A stretch of DNA of 64,000 nt from Octopus sinensis (GCF_006345805.1 NC_042998.1:144956001-145020000), one strand, 5' to 3'. Shown: positions 38,500 through 51,962, counted from the first letter of the stretch. The notes: generated by a model not told the origin, from the sequence alone. Numbers and translations: made by a program.

Positions 38500-41400
38500 C
38501 CAATTCCAAGGTAATATTTCCCCATGGTCAGACTTTTTTTCAGTACTGGAAATGAACGACGCAAATTCCGTTTGCCCCATGCAAGTATGGATCAGTGGAC
38601 ATTAAAATGAGGATAAATGGGTGCTCACAATAATTATGTAATATGACTCATGAAAGTTCTTTTGTTCACAGTTGTCAGGGAGACTGAGAACTATCTAAGA
38701 ATATCAAAAATTAAAAAAAGAATTATTTGAAGAACAGGCAAATCGTGTCTGTCGCATTCCTCAAACATATACACATAACCAATGAGATAAATCAACTTAT
38801 TTGAACCGAATGTCTTTCAACCCATATTCTACAGACTTAGAAAGAAGGGCGTATCGTTAATGTTTCTAAGTTAAGTGTGCCTGGAGAGACGAAAGGATCA
38901 TAGCAGGAATAGGTTTTCTGACCTCGGGTTATGCAAGAAACAAATGAAATCTTAAAAACAAAAGATTTACAAGAGATGAGTTTTTAAATTTACAATAAAA
39001 GTTATATTTGTACTCGAAAGGTATTCTGGTTCCTTGATGAGACAGGAATGGCAATGAGAACCAAAATGACAAAGCAGAGATAAAAAGATAATCAAAGTTT
39101 CACAGAGAGAGAAATTACAGAAATGAAACGCTAATACAAAAACATCATTGACGAAAATTTTAATATATTGGTACAAAAATCACATCGATAACTATAGGTT
39201 TGCGGAAGTAAAGAAAAAAAATTCCAAGGAATTCCCAATTATAACCAACATGTGAAAATGGTAAACAAGTAGAGCCCAAGAATACGTAATTTGTTCCGAT
39301 TTCTAACACGAAATCCTTAACGATTTTTCGCTCGACAACAAACATGAAATAAATAAGATTGAAGATTATTTAATTGCATGAAACAAAGAATTGGGAATAA
39401 AATAGAAAATAATTTCTTCAAAACAGGTAGAAAAATAAAGTTTTTGCACGTGTCGGTCGCAAGGATTTATTTATTTATTGAGAACATAAAGATTGGCGTT
39501 TTCTTCATAGCTTTCAAATATTTCAAAAATATATTCAAACAGCAAATGTTTCAAAGGAAAAGCAGACTCGGGTTACCAGCTAATGATCAGAAACAAGTGA
39601 CTCAGTACTGAAAATAGGAACCTTTCAGTCATAATGTATTAAAGAATACTCTATATTTGTTTCGCTTCTGATGAAACAGAAAGTTATCGCAGTTTTGTGA
39701 GATTTGGCTGTTATTTCTAGCATTGGAGAGGAGATTGAAATTTTTAAGTTGCTATTTTTGAAAAATCTTTCCGGGGAGGGTTCTGTTTACATCTACATGT
39801 GCACCCACAACATTAATCGTAACCTTCGAAAACGTTATCTCTGCCAAATTTCATTTAAAAATATGCATTATTAACAAAGTTATATGAAAAAAAAACCAGA
39901 CTGTGTGGGGATGAGGCACCAAACTAGTTATTCCCATTATTAAATCCTACTATAGCTACTGACACAAAATTAATTGTCTATATATGGTGCATTTTTTTTT
40001 TTTATTACAAAGAAAATGATTACATCAGTATGTTGTCTCATTAGAAAAGTAGGGCTAGTGAAACAATGGAGCATCACAGATGCCCTATATCCCTCATAAA
40101 ACTGTTAGAGGGGGCGTGCAAACCTGGACTAGCGCCTAGTTCAAATATTACCAGTGGGAAACTTTACCTTTCATAATCATAAAAATAAACACGAAATAAC
40201 ATTATAGTCGATTTAATCAACTATGTGCGCTCTCACTATAAAACTAAGCTTGTTCCGAGTCAAAAGAAATCCAAACACTACGATCGATTATAGCAACCCT
40301 CTTCTCACAAATTTAGTTATGTAAATAATAATAATAATAATTTCTCTTATAGGTAAAAAGCCTGAAATTTTGAGGGTGGGATGGGTTCTAGACTGGTTTT
40401 ATTTTATCGACTCCGGGAGTATGAAAGGTAAAGTTGACCTCGGCGGAATCTGAACTCAGGAATATCGCTAAGCATTTCGCCCGGCGTGCTAACGATTCTG
40501 CCAACTCGTCGCCTTAATAATAATAATAATAATAATAATACAAGCACAAGACTTCAAATTTTGACAGGCGAAAATTTAGCCCTAGTCAATTACATCGAGC
40601 GATACAACCCCGAAAGGATAAAAGGCAAAGATTTAATAAAAAAAAGTTCTTTGTTAACTACGATGATGTTTGATTATATATATAATTTTTTTTCTAATTT
40701 TGACATGGGGAAGGGGTTACATGATACCACCGACTCCAGTACTCAACTGGTACTTATTTAATCTACTCCGGGATTTGAAAACGTAAAGATCCGAAGAAAG
40801 GCATTTTTTCCGCCACTCTAACGATTCTTCCAACTAATAGTAATGAGTTTCCATTGGTCGTGTGATTACTTGAACGTATCAATTTTTCCCATTTTGCGTT
40901 CCCCTTTAAAATGATAGGCCTTTTATACATGTTGAAAAGCAATAACAATATTAATAAACAGTATTACTTGTAAAAATATTAATAATAATGGTAACGCTTT
41001 ATTTATGACCAACTTGCTGGAAATAATGAGGAAAAAAACAAAAACATTATCAGCCAATTGAATCATACTGAATTCTTAATGACACAATTAAAACAAATAT
41101 TACTTGTAATAATGTGAGATATTTATCGCATATGTATTTTTGTTGCTAATATTTCGTATTTTAACAGACAAAACAAAAAGAAAAGTTGGAGTAGGAAATA
41201 TCAACTTATAAAATATTTCAAAAGTGTTCGTTTAAAAATAACAAATAAGATATAAACTGCCGTAAAAATGACAAATATTTTGTAACTCACCTAATCTTTT
41301 ATATAATGGGGGTGAAATAATATTTATGTATATAGGTTTTCATTCAAATAAATTATCCAGTTTTTGTGCAACAATGCTAAAATGTAAAAATAATGTTTCC

Positions 41401-42300
41401 ATTTTCAAACGTACCGCGCCGACATAAGTGTAGACTGTGATAATTATTGACCAATGGGAAAACAGAATGCATAATTTACACTGCCCTCTAGCACCAAAAT
41501 AGTATAAACTAACTAAAAACAAATATAGGGAAGGTCAATAACTCTGTAAGTAAATATATTTTCAAACGTACACGTTGATTATTATTAAAGAAATAAATGA
41601 ATAAATAAATAAAAACAAATTTTATTTACAATCAAGCATTCTTTGATCCCATACTGAAAGTGGAAATATTAACTCTTTATATACTTACTTCCTTCAAACT
41701 CTTTCAACTTTTTTTACTAACACTAATGTCCGAGGGGACTTGTTGAATTAGCTCCCCAACGGATGACGGCTCTGGTGTTTTTTTTTTGTTTTTTTTAATT
41801 TCGTTACCGATTGCTTATGATAATTTTCTACTTGTCAATTTGCGATTATAATCTGATTGAATATCAAATTAAGATTAAGATATAACTCTCGTCCCGATTT
41901 TAATTTTATTCCTGGTTTTTGTGACGGGCGTTCCTATAGAATAGAGTCGGAAATTATCTACGGGGCTAAAACTAATTTCTTCGGATCTATATAAATGTTA
42001 CAAGCATGCTAGGTTATGATTCTGAACAGAAAAAAAAACTGAGATTTGTCCCCATCCACCCCATTTCCGTTATATTTTAGAGAAAATGTTTTCTACTGAT
42101 ATAACAGAATCGTTAATGTGGGACGGAAAATGTGAAAAAAAACTAACTTTTTGGACAAAATATTCTTTCTCAAAAGGAAACAACCACCCAATTCCTTGCC
42201 TTGTCTTTCTCTATGAAATTGTCCCAGCTATTTCGAAAGTCTGTCAAACAGGTGTCAAAATTTACCTTTATCAGTTTGACTCTTTTCTGTGAAAGATAGG
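38500..42300. promoter_or_regulatory. CpG-retaining island, probable host promoter (core about 41290-41550)
   Basis: CpGs are frequent here and scarce in flanking non-young DNA (visual estimate). Minus-strand donor AG|GTGAGT at 41291/41290, 'accgcgccga' at about 41413-41422, CCAAT at 41451, CTCF-like motif at 41478-41495, plus-strand donor CT|GTAAGT at 41545/41546. Confidence 0.6.
41291..41425 (-). other. Candidate non-coding first exon of a minus-strand host gene
   Basis: Consensus donor AG|GTGAGT just downstream of the CpG/CCAAT core. The TSS position is approximate. Confidence 0.4.
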
Positions 42301-42699
42301 ATCCCATAATTTATATTCAAGCAAGGTGGCTGTTTAGTTGACTGCAGATAAATCATACCTATGATCAAAGGGCATTCTAGCCATAACCATCATGGTTTTC
42401 AAGGACTATATTGTCTAATGTGAACCTATCCATGTATGTTAACTTGTAGATGTTTCAATAGATTGCAATAATTGGAGCTTTTATTCAACTGTTAATATCA
42501 CAATATTGTTTCTCAAGAATTGTGAATACAGTAGAACAAATATATGACAGTCTTCTCTGCCAGCAAATGATCTGCTAGTCCATACAACAATCTCATAAAT
42601 ATTTGGGTTTACATGTTTCTCTGCAGTTTAATGAAATCATTTTGTTTTGCTTGTAGTTCATGGTCTGCATCCATTATAATCTTATAGCTTCTCTGACAT

Positions 42700-44560
42700 G
42701 CATGATTGACTGTCTTTTAGTAAGTTCATTTCTTCTATAACTGGAAGCAGATTGTAGAAAGTAATGACTGGGAGGTGATGATACTAAGTGTTCTGGATCC
42801 TGATCCCTTGTCAATGGTGCCAGATGCCAGGTTGAGACTGTCTCTGTGTAGCCATCACTGAACTCCACTCTAGCAAATTGAGGTAAGATAGTTTCCTTGA
42901 GAGTTAGCTTCTCAATCCGATCTTCTTTCCTTAGAATGTGATGATGATGTGGAGCAGTACTCACCTTACATTGCAGAAATTCCAGAAGAATTTGATCAAT
43001 GACAGATTGTCTTAGAAAGCTCAGTGATCTTTTATGAGGAATCTGGTTTGTACCATACAGATCAAACATCCAAACAGAAGAAAGCACAAAACATCTTTCT
43101 AATATTTTGGGTCCCAACTGAAATTTTGAAGTGCTAATTTGATAGCTTGCTGCAAAGTCCCATTAGTTTGTTCATGTTGGCCATTGCTTTGGGGTGAGTA
43201 TGGTGCTGTGCATGTCCCACTAATACTATTTCTTTTCAGAAAATTTTCTACCTTTTTACTTTCATATTGCATCCTGTGGTCTGAATGTAGGCAAGAAGGT
43301 CACCTGAACATGACAAATAGTGATAGCAAATGGTTTATCAATGTGTCTGATGACATATCCCTGTAAGCAAAGGCAAAAGAATACCTTGTGTATTCATCTA
43401 CTATGACTAAAAGATACCAATTAGGTAAATTTGAGGGCAAAGGCCTGACAGTATCAATAGACATGTTCCCATGGGTGAGTTGCATAGATAGGATGACCTT
43501 CTAGTGGTTTATGAAAGCTAGGCTTAATTTCCTTGTAAACAGCACAGTTATCAGCTATGGAGCAGATCTCTGATAAGGTGAATGTGAGATTGTGGCTTCA
43601 ACAATAATGGTATAGCCATGTAGATGCAGATTCACACTGTTCATTGTGTAAGTTTCTGAGGTATGTCAGGTCTTTTACTGTGTTACATCATGACAGCATA
43701 TCAGCAGTGGTTGTTTTGTAAGTCCAGATGGTAACTTATGTCAAATCTAAATTCAGAAAATTCTAGTTGCCATTGAGAAAGCTTATCACTTTTAATTTGC
43801 AATGTATGCTCTGTTGAGAACAGGTATGACACCAATCATTGGTTTGTAATGACAGTAAATACAATACTGAGTTAAGCAGAACTCTCCATCATCAAATAGC
43901 TTCCATGATGGCTTCAGTCTCTCGTTCTCATTCAATAATATACTCTTTTCTTTGTGAGGCCAACAAAACTAGAGACAGAAATGCTACAGGTTTTCCATTC
44001 TGATTGAAAGTGACACCAAGTGCAGATTCTGAGGCATCCATTTTGATAATTAATGGTTTATCAAACTCAGTTGTTGCAAGACTCACATTTGATAGTTTTG
44101 AATTTTAAATGTTGATATGGCAGATAATGCTTCATTTCAGAGATGCCCAATTTGTTCAATAAATTCTCTATATGGTAAGGCATTGAGTAAGTTTCAAATA
44201 TTCTGAAATCCATTTAGCATAATATGCAGCAAACCCAATAAATCTAATCAGTTGTGCCAATATTTTTGGATTTGGGAAAACTAACAATACTTGGCATCTC
44301 TGTGGATTTGGGTGTAATTCACTTTCTTCATCCACATATCCAAGGAAAGATGGCAGAGTGTGATTTGAAAAACATTTGATAGCTGACTCATGTCATACCA
44401 AAGCCTATGCTTCTCCAAGATAGATCTTGGAAAGCAACAAAACACTTGTGAAATGGTACACATTTACAGCTTTATAATTTCAGCCATTTGAGAATTAAAT
44501 GGTTTAGCCATAAACACAATACAATACCTGTGAAAGGATAAAAACTATGAACCACTGCTA
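42700..44560 (-). pseudogene. Ty3/Gypsy pol relic (RT-RNase H-integrase), no LTRs seen
   Basis: Minus strand: RNase H 'PLIIKMDASESALGVTFNQNGKPVAF'; integrase 'IDTVRPLP..YLLVIVDEYTRYSFAF...LHSD...APYSPQSNGQHEQTNGTL'; C-terminal 'ARVEFSDGYTETVSTWHLAP'. Confidence 0.85.
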
Positions 44561-45664
44561 TCAAGTACAACAAAAATGGCTTAGTAGTAGGAACGATGCT
44601 TTCACTGATCTTTTAGGTACCTATGTAGTTGTGCAGATATCAACACCTTCTTGGCCCTCCTATCCATGACACAGGTGAAGATCCAGGATGTGACAGATGA
44701 AAGGTGAGAGAGAGGGCTGCTCCAACACTTGACTGGCAATCATTTACTATTAAGTAGATTGAAAGGTAACATGAAATGAAGTGCCTTGCTCACAAAAAAC
44801 AATGCAACACCTGGTCCAAGAATTGTACCTATAACATTATGATCATGAGCCCAACACCCTGACTGCTAAGCTACATACCTTCACTGAAAGGACGCAAAGT
44901 ACTAAAACTTTCAATAGTAAACCAGAATTTAGAAAAAATCTTTTAAACTCTTGTAACCGATATAGCTAAAGGGAAGGGGCCAATAGCATTTTATCTACTT
45001 GGTGTTCGTGATCTACTGGATAAGAACGTTATTATCTTTGCATAAGGTGGTGAAACTAGTAGAATGGCTTGAGCACTATAAAAATGCTTTGTAGTATCAT
45101 GTGTATTCACTTAGGATTCAGATCATGTTGAGTTTTATCTTAACTCAAAGATCAAATTGGTTACTGACCACTGTTCCAAATAATCTCAGCCTTACTTTTT
45201 AGTTTCAATCAGATCTCTGTCAGGTTTCTCTTCAACTCATTTTTCTCTCCATCTCATATCTACTCCTTCTATGGGACAACATTCTTCGAAAGACTAAATT
45301 GGTCTATGACCACTGTTAATAATAAGCTTTGCCTTTTGGGTCCAACCCAGGATTCAAATTTCAATTGCCTGTAATTTCTGGGGTGTAACAGATATTCTTC
45401 TCTTATAAAACCAGTGATCTGTTACTGTAAAGAAGAGTAAACATTTCTTTGATTTCTTTTATCTGTTAATTGTTTCAGTCATGTTGGGGCACTGCCTTGA
45501 AGAATTTTTAGTTGAATGAATCAACCACAGACCTTTTTTTTTTAAAGCCTGGTACTTACTCTATTGGTCTCTTTTGCCAAACTGTTAAGTTACAGAGACA
45601 TAAAACACCAACACCAGTTGCCATGTAGTAGTGGGGGACAAAGACAGACACACTCATAGATATA

Positions 45665-46928
45665 CAGGTGTTGGACAAATTAATGGAAACACTTTAAAAT
45701 ATCAAACAAATTTATTTTAATATGGGGTAGGACTGCCTTTGGCAGTAATTACAGCTTGAATTCTACAAGGTATGGACTCGTACAAAGTTTCAATTGTTTC
45801 CAAAGGAATTTTTGTCCGTTCTTCAGCTAAAACAGTCTCCAGTTCTTGTAGTGATGATGGTGGAAGATATCAACTCCTTACTTGTTTTTCTAATATGCAC
45901 CATAAATATTCAATAATATTGAGATCTGGGGACTGTGGTGGCCAGATAAGATGTTCAACTTCCCTAGAATGTTCCTCATGCCATTCAGTAACAAATTTAG
46001 CTGTGTGAATTGGTGCATTATCATCCTGAAAGATTGTTTCCCTCCAGAACCAGTTCCATAGCCATAGGATGAATTTGATCAGATAAAATGCTTAAAAAAT
46101 CTTGACTATTAATTCTGCCATGAAGGGAAACCATTGAACCAGCATATTTCCAAGATATAGCTCCCCAGATCATCTCAGATCCTCCTCCATGTTTAACAGT
46201 TGGAAGAAGGTAGTCTGAGTCAAATGCTTCTTTTGGCTGTCTCCACTCGTATACTCGGCTGGTGTTCAGAGATAAGATAAAGGATGACTGGTCTGAGAAA
46301 ATAACATTCTTCCACTGCTCTAGGGACCAATTCTGTAGGTTTTTACTCCACTCTAAACTCTTTGCAATGTTTGTTTTTGAAAGTAGTGGTTTTCTGATTG
46401 CAACTCTCCCATGAAATCTGGCTTTTTGCAGCTCCTGGTGAACAGTTTTTGTGGAAAGTGGTATCTTGATGTGGTCATTAAGCTCTGCAGTAAATTTGGG
46501 AGCTGTACTTTTTTGATCCTTTCTAACAATTTGCATAAGAGTCCAATGGTCCCTATATGAAATTTTTGGTTTTCTTCCAGAGTTTTTGTTTCAACGAGGA
46601 GGTTTTTCCCTCTTTCTCAAAGGCTGTCATTACTTTTGAAACAGTACTTCTTGATACATCAAACATTTTGGCAGTTTTCATTATGCTCGTGCCTGCCATA
46701 TGAGCACCAACAAGTTGACCTCTTTGAAAGTCTGATAGATGTTCCATTTTTATGAATTTTAATTACCTTTTTCTGATGATATCTGAAAAGAAACAACAAT
46801 TTTAGCAAAACATATTAAGCAACACTAATAATAAATCAAAAAACATAAAAATAAACAAGCTTTTGATGGTTTTATAGATATTTCAAAATTATGATGCTAG
46901 GTGTTTCCATTATTTTGTCCAACCCCTG
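45665..46928 (-). mobile_element. Tc1-family transposon, full length, inactivated
   Basis: TA TSDs; 28-bp TIRs caggKgttggacaaaWtaatggaaacac (2 mismatches). Transposase 46747-45717: LSDFQRGQLVGA, RKPLLS, VIFSDQS, PTVKHGGGS.MIWG, QDDNAPIH, WPPQSPDLNIIE; frameshifted. Confidence 0.95.
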
Positions 46929-47463
46929 TATATGTATATATACATGACAGGTTTCCCCCTACCAAATCCACTCACAAGGCTTTGGCTGGCCCAGGGCTGG
47001 AGTAGAAGACATTGCCCAAGGTGCCATGCTGTGGGACTGAGCCTGCAACCACTTCTTATCACACAGCTATACCTATGCCTACTCACACCTTCAGATTGTG
47101 GAATAATATTTAGTGAAGAAGTGATATCTCAAGAAAGAAGTCCAGAATAATGATATAGAGAAGAAAGATTAGTGAAAGATATTCAGATTATAGTTACTAA
47201 CAAGGATGGGAAACTTGTGACCTTCTTAGTATCAAGTAACAAGTACAATGTTCTGTTGTTTGTTGAGATAAATCTTTATTCATATGAAAAGATATAAATA
47301 CAGAGCAGTTGTAATAATAAAAATATAACTGTCTAAATTGCTGAACTCTAACAAAATAGATACAAGCTTATGCTAATGCATCATACTGGGAGTAAAGTGA
47401 ATGAAATATAACTGGCTGTAGAAATCATTCACCCCACATAAGTACAAAACACATGTAAATGTT

Positions 47464-47495
<32 letters not shown>

Positions 47496-47737
47496 TTTAA
47501 TTACCATTTTTCTATGCTTGTATGAGTCAGATCGAATTCATGGAGGCAGGTTTTCTATAAACAGATGCCTTTTGTGTCTCCAACTCTCACCTGTTTCCAA
47601 GCAAAGTAATATTTTCCTATGGCCTGATATGTTATTCACAAAAGACTGGAAACAAACAACCTTGCTTGTATCTTGATGATGCACATTTACAATCTCACTT
47701 AATGTTTAGACAGCGAACACACAAACACACACATTCA

Positions 47738-48790
47738 AAGGTAGAGGTAATGGCCATAGGACCAAATGGGCAACCAAATGTGCTAAAGTATGTGGGAGTA
47801 ATTGAAGGCCTCTTCAGAACCCACTATAACAACCACACATCCTCCTTCAAATTCTGGAGAGACATAATGTCACAACCCTGACCAAGCACGTTTGGTCTTT
47901 GAAAGAAAGTGCCACTGAGTACAGCATAAAGTGAAAGTATCCTAGAGAAATGTAAACCATATTTCAATAGCAACAGGAAGTGCACATTATGCCTGGCTGA
48001 GAAAAGAGCAATTTTAAAGAGCTCTCAGCACCTAGGCATTTACCTGAATAGCAGAAGTGAAATTTTTAATCCTTGCCCACATGAAAGGAAGTACATCCGA
48101 TCATACCTGTGTGCCCCATCATGACTACAATCCAATACCTTCCACCAAAACTGTTGAGTCTGGCAAAGAATTTGATCAGAGTATAGACTAACACACCCAC
48201 AAACGAATATGCACGCCCCAACATGGCAGACACGTACCCAATAGACTGTTTTCTGCTACCCCCAATATAAACTCTCACACATTGTACCCTTACACACACT
48301 GCATGCACACATAAATGCCCCACAAACTTAACCAATACATAAAAGAAAGAAAACAACTAACAAACACATATGTATGCCTATACCCCTGCAAAGGATATAC
48401 ATATAGTACTACTACACAAATTCTATTTCAACAAGAACACCAACCTAAAGGATGCACACATTTCCCATAAACACTTCAAGATAACTCTTAACAACTTGCA
48501 ACATAACCACCTCAGTGGCAACGTTTTGGTACCAAGGGACATTACTCTTAACTCAATCACCTACTCGTTTCTTTTCTTTATCTTTTCAAAGCAACTGCAA
48601 ACTGGATGTGTCTATTCACCTCCAACAATAGAGAGCAGTCGCCATATTTCGTTTCATATTGGCTACCTCTGATGAGTGTAGGGTCACATAATCGGATTGT
48701 TACCTAACACTCCATTGACTCCCTTTACAGTGAAACTGATTGGTAAGATTGGCTGTAATGGATATATAATGCTATATATTTTGGATTATA
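47738..48790 (+). mobile_element. Penelope-like element 3' relic: GIY-YIG endonuclease C-terminus plus terminal region
   Basis: KYVGVIEGLFRTHYNNHTSSFK / TTLTKHVWSLKE..YSIK* / SILEKCKPYFNSNRKCTLCLAEKRAIL..YLNSRSEIFNPCPHERKY across frameshifts, followed by a hammerhead motif. Confidence 0.82.
48661..48754 (+). ncRNA. Type I hammerhead ribozyme (decayed, Penelope-associated)
   Basis: Core CTGATGA at 48669-48675; stem II gtgtaggg/ccctttaca; GAAAC at 48732-48736; short stem III; GTA cleavage triplet at 48743-48745; imperfect stem I ggctacct/agattggct. Confidence 0.7.
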
Positions 48791-48843
48791 TACCCACTCT
48801 ATTGACAGATATAGGAATGCATTTTTTCATGACTTAGATGACT

Positions 48844-48885
<42 letters not shown>

Positions 48886-48935
48886 TGCATTATTTGGTAG
48901 ACAGAAACTGGAAGAAGACTGTCATATATATATAT

Positions 48936-49693
48936 CAGTGGTGACTCTGGCACTTGCGCTGTTCGGGCTTAGCCAGAATATAAATTTAGTAAAGTGAGTG
49001 TGTACTTGCAAGCTGATTTAATTTCTACCAACACTAACTTCAAGTATGTAATTTCAGTCAATAACTTCAGCTCCTTTTATTGAGCCTGGTCACAGTTTAC
49101 TTATTTTCGTTTAGTGTCTGGCGGTCATCTTAGAGGTGCCCTGTGTCACAAAAAAAATCATTCGTAGCAGACATTCTCTCAACATAGTTCACATGCGCCT
49201 GACTAAGGCTCAGAAGTTACAGCCTGAGTTGTTATCTTTAATCGTAAAAATTAAAAGTAATTCAAATTCACTGTTTTCTGGAAACAATAAATTTCTATAG
49301 AGATTAGGATTTAAATTGCAATCTATGAAAAGTTTCCTTTCTACAATATTCTTAAAGGAACAAAAAATTATCCAGCAACTCAGGCTAATATGAACGAGCC
49401 AGGTAGGTGTAAAAGACTAACTATCATATCTTGTCAAGAGTATAGGCAACAGTCAGATTACTGATGTTTGTCGTGCACTCTGCTGACATTATTTGATTGT
49501 TGTTATTCTGTGCATCTGTGTGTATAGATCAGCTGTGTTTTGTGGGGTTGCTTTATTTTAACCCTTAACTTAGAAATGGATAAAGGCATAGTGCTAGATA
49601 TAAAAAATAAACCATTTGGGGCTAGAAATAAAGTGGATAAATGTGAAATCTGGGATGAGCTTGAGTGATGCTGATAACCTGGAGTCGCCTCTG
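48936..49693. mobile_element. hAT-type non-autonomous element
   Basis: 15-bp imperfect TIR cagtggtgactctgg versus cagaggcgactccag (reverse complement of the right end). 8-bp flanks atatatat / ataaatat. Sits in the (TA)n between two tail-to-tail SINE ends. Confidence 0.6.
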
Positions 49694-49832
49694 ATAAATA
49701 TATATATATATATATATGACAGCCTTCTTCTAGTTTCTGTTTACCAAATCCACTCACAAGGCTTTGGTCGGCCTGGGGCTAAATTAGAAGACACTAGCCC
49801 TAGGTGACATGCAATGGAACTGAACCTGAGAC

Positions 49833-50998
49833 AACATGGTTGGGAAGCAAGCTTAAGACCATTCATGATATTAATAAACACTGCTAAATACACAAAACTT
49901 ACAGAATACTGAGGAGCCTATTGCTGAAATGTAGCATTCAAATCAAGGGGTGTGGCACATATTTGTGTTAGGGACCAAAATCTAGAGACTATATGACCTA
50001 TTGGATATACCTGTTCTGGGCCTACAAGTAAACAGATGTATTTTGCTGGGGATACCAATAGGTTAATAATTGAAAACAATCTTTTCTACTAGAGGCACAA
50101 AGCCTGAAATTTTGGGAGAGGAGGCTAGTCTATTACATTCACCCCAGTATTTGGCTGGTACTCATTTCATTGACCTTGAAAGGATGAAAGGCAAAATCAA
50201 TCTTGGTGGAATTTGAACTCAAGACGTGCAGACAGATGAAATGCTGCTAAGAATTTTGCTCAGTGTGCTAACCATTCTACCAGCTCGCCACCTTAATTAA
50301 AACAATAAAAAATACACAAAAAATACAGTTTGCCCTGTATATTGAAGACCAAAACTCAGGTATATGCAATTAAAGTAGTATTAAAATAGCCATCTATGTA
50401 TCATATTTATATACATACACTGTCAATAGGCCAGTCATTGCGGTATTTGTCCAGAGATAATATCTTTTCTGGGCATGGTACGACAAAAACAATAAATGTC
50501 AGTGGGAGATGAAAATTTGTCCCAGCAGCAGCAGTTAGCAAGAATGCCAAACACTTTTGTGCTTTTTCAATGGTATGTTTTTTCAACCAGATGAGAATTC
50601 ATTGCCTCTAATATAGGAAAAAATCTCCCACCAGTATTTATTGTGTTTTTTAACGCAGAACATCCAGAAGATTAACTCGGGACAAATACTGCAACCACAA
50701 ACCCAACATGGTAGGGAAGCAAGCTTAAGACCATTGGTTTTATCAATAAACACTGCTAAATGCACAAAACTCAGTAAGAGAATACTGAGGAGCCCAATGC
50801 TGAAATGTAGCATTCAAATCAAGAAGGAGTATAACAGATATTTGTGTTAGAGACCATAATCTCGATTCTATGACTTAACAGATATACCTGTTTTGAGCCA
50901 ACCTGTATTTTGCTCAGGTTACCAACATGTTAAAAAATAACAAATGATAACAAAGCATACAGTTAGTCCTGTATATCGAAGACCAAAATTTGGGTATA
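49833..50998. repeat. Local direct duplication of about 300 bp (49833-50365 including a SINE insert; 50704-50998)
   Basis: Both copies share 'caacatggt.gggaagcaagcttaagaccatt..aataaacactgctaaat..gaatactgaggagcc..tgctgaaatgtagcattcaaatcaag...ctgtatat.gaagaccaaaa'. Confidence 0.85.
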
Positions 50999-51556
50999 CA
51001 TTCACAGTGAGTATACATTAAATATGATACATAAATGGTTATTTTATTGAAGAACAATAATTATTGGCAAATGGTAGTCAATGATTTTTGATTTCAAAAG
51101 TGTTGCATGTATACATGTCCCACTATCAAAATTTTCAGTCCCTGATTATTTCATAGCCCTGTTGTTGTTGTTATGATCAATCAATCAGTTAGTTATTAGT
51201 GTCTTTTACTGTAAATTACTTCATTAACGCTTCCCCTGCATTCCATATCATATCAAAAATAAAATTAAAAATTGAAAAAATTGTTGAAAGAAGAAAATTG
51301 AGTCTTAAATGACAAATGGAAATTACCAAATTTTGGAGTGTTTGATGGCGATAAAATTGCTTGCTTTACTCTCTGATACCACATTTTCAATAACAAAGAA
51401 ATGTAATGCGTTTCAGTATTATAGCACTCATGGGGACAGTAATATGCCAAATAAAAGGTTGAGTCTCCAAAGATTACACTGAAAGAATTAAAAGACTGAA
51501 AGCAAAAGCAAAGACAATTATTCCATTCAAGGAATTGCTACAACTGAGGGAAATTA

Positions 51557-51962
51557 TCAGGTCATTAAGAATGAAATGTCCGATTTTCTTATGCACCAAG
51601 TTGGATAGTCATTAACTCTAATGATCTATCTTGAAAATTCTTTGTTTTACAACATTGAAGAGTTACATCATCACATTCCGAAATGCAATTCATGGTGTCT
51701 GATTATATTTTGAGTTTTCTCTCATAAATCAAATTTTGTGAACCCATGGATAAATAAAAAATTTGTGTTGTTTATGAATATGAGTTCCATCATGGAACTG
51801 ATGTATCCCAGATAGCTTGAAACATCAATGAGGTTTTTGGTGAAGATGTGTCAAATGAGCACACTGTATGTTGATGGTTTGAGAAGTTCTGGTCTAGTGA
51901 CTCTATGCTTTAAAATCAGCCCCATGGTAAACCTGAGACTAAGGTGGATAATGATGAACTGG
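51557..51962 (+). mobile_element. Mariner 5' fragment (cecropia/Hsmar1-like N-terminus)
   Basis: TA|tcaggtcattaagaatgaaatgtccg end; relic MDK*KICVVYEYEFHHG...NINEVFGEDVSNEHTVC*WFEKF...GKPETKVDNDEL from 51747. Confidence 0.75.

Noticed and set aside
39668-39690. Hammerhead-like 'ctgatgaaacagaaag'
   Set aside because: No stem II or III can form. The 'ctgatgagactc' at 63977 cannot be judged because the window ends.
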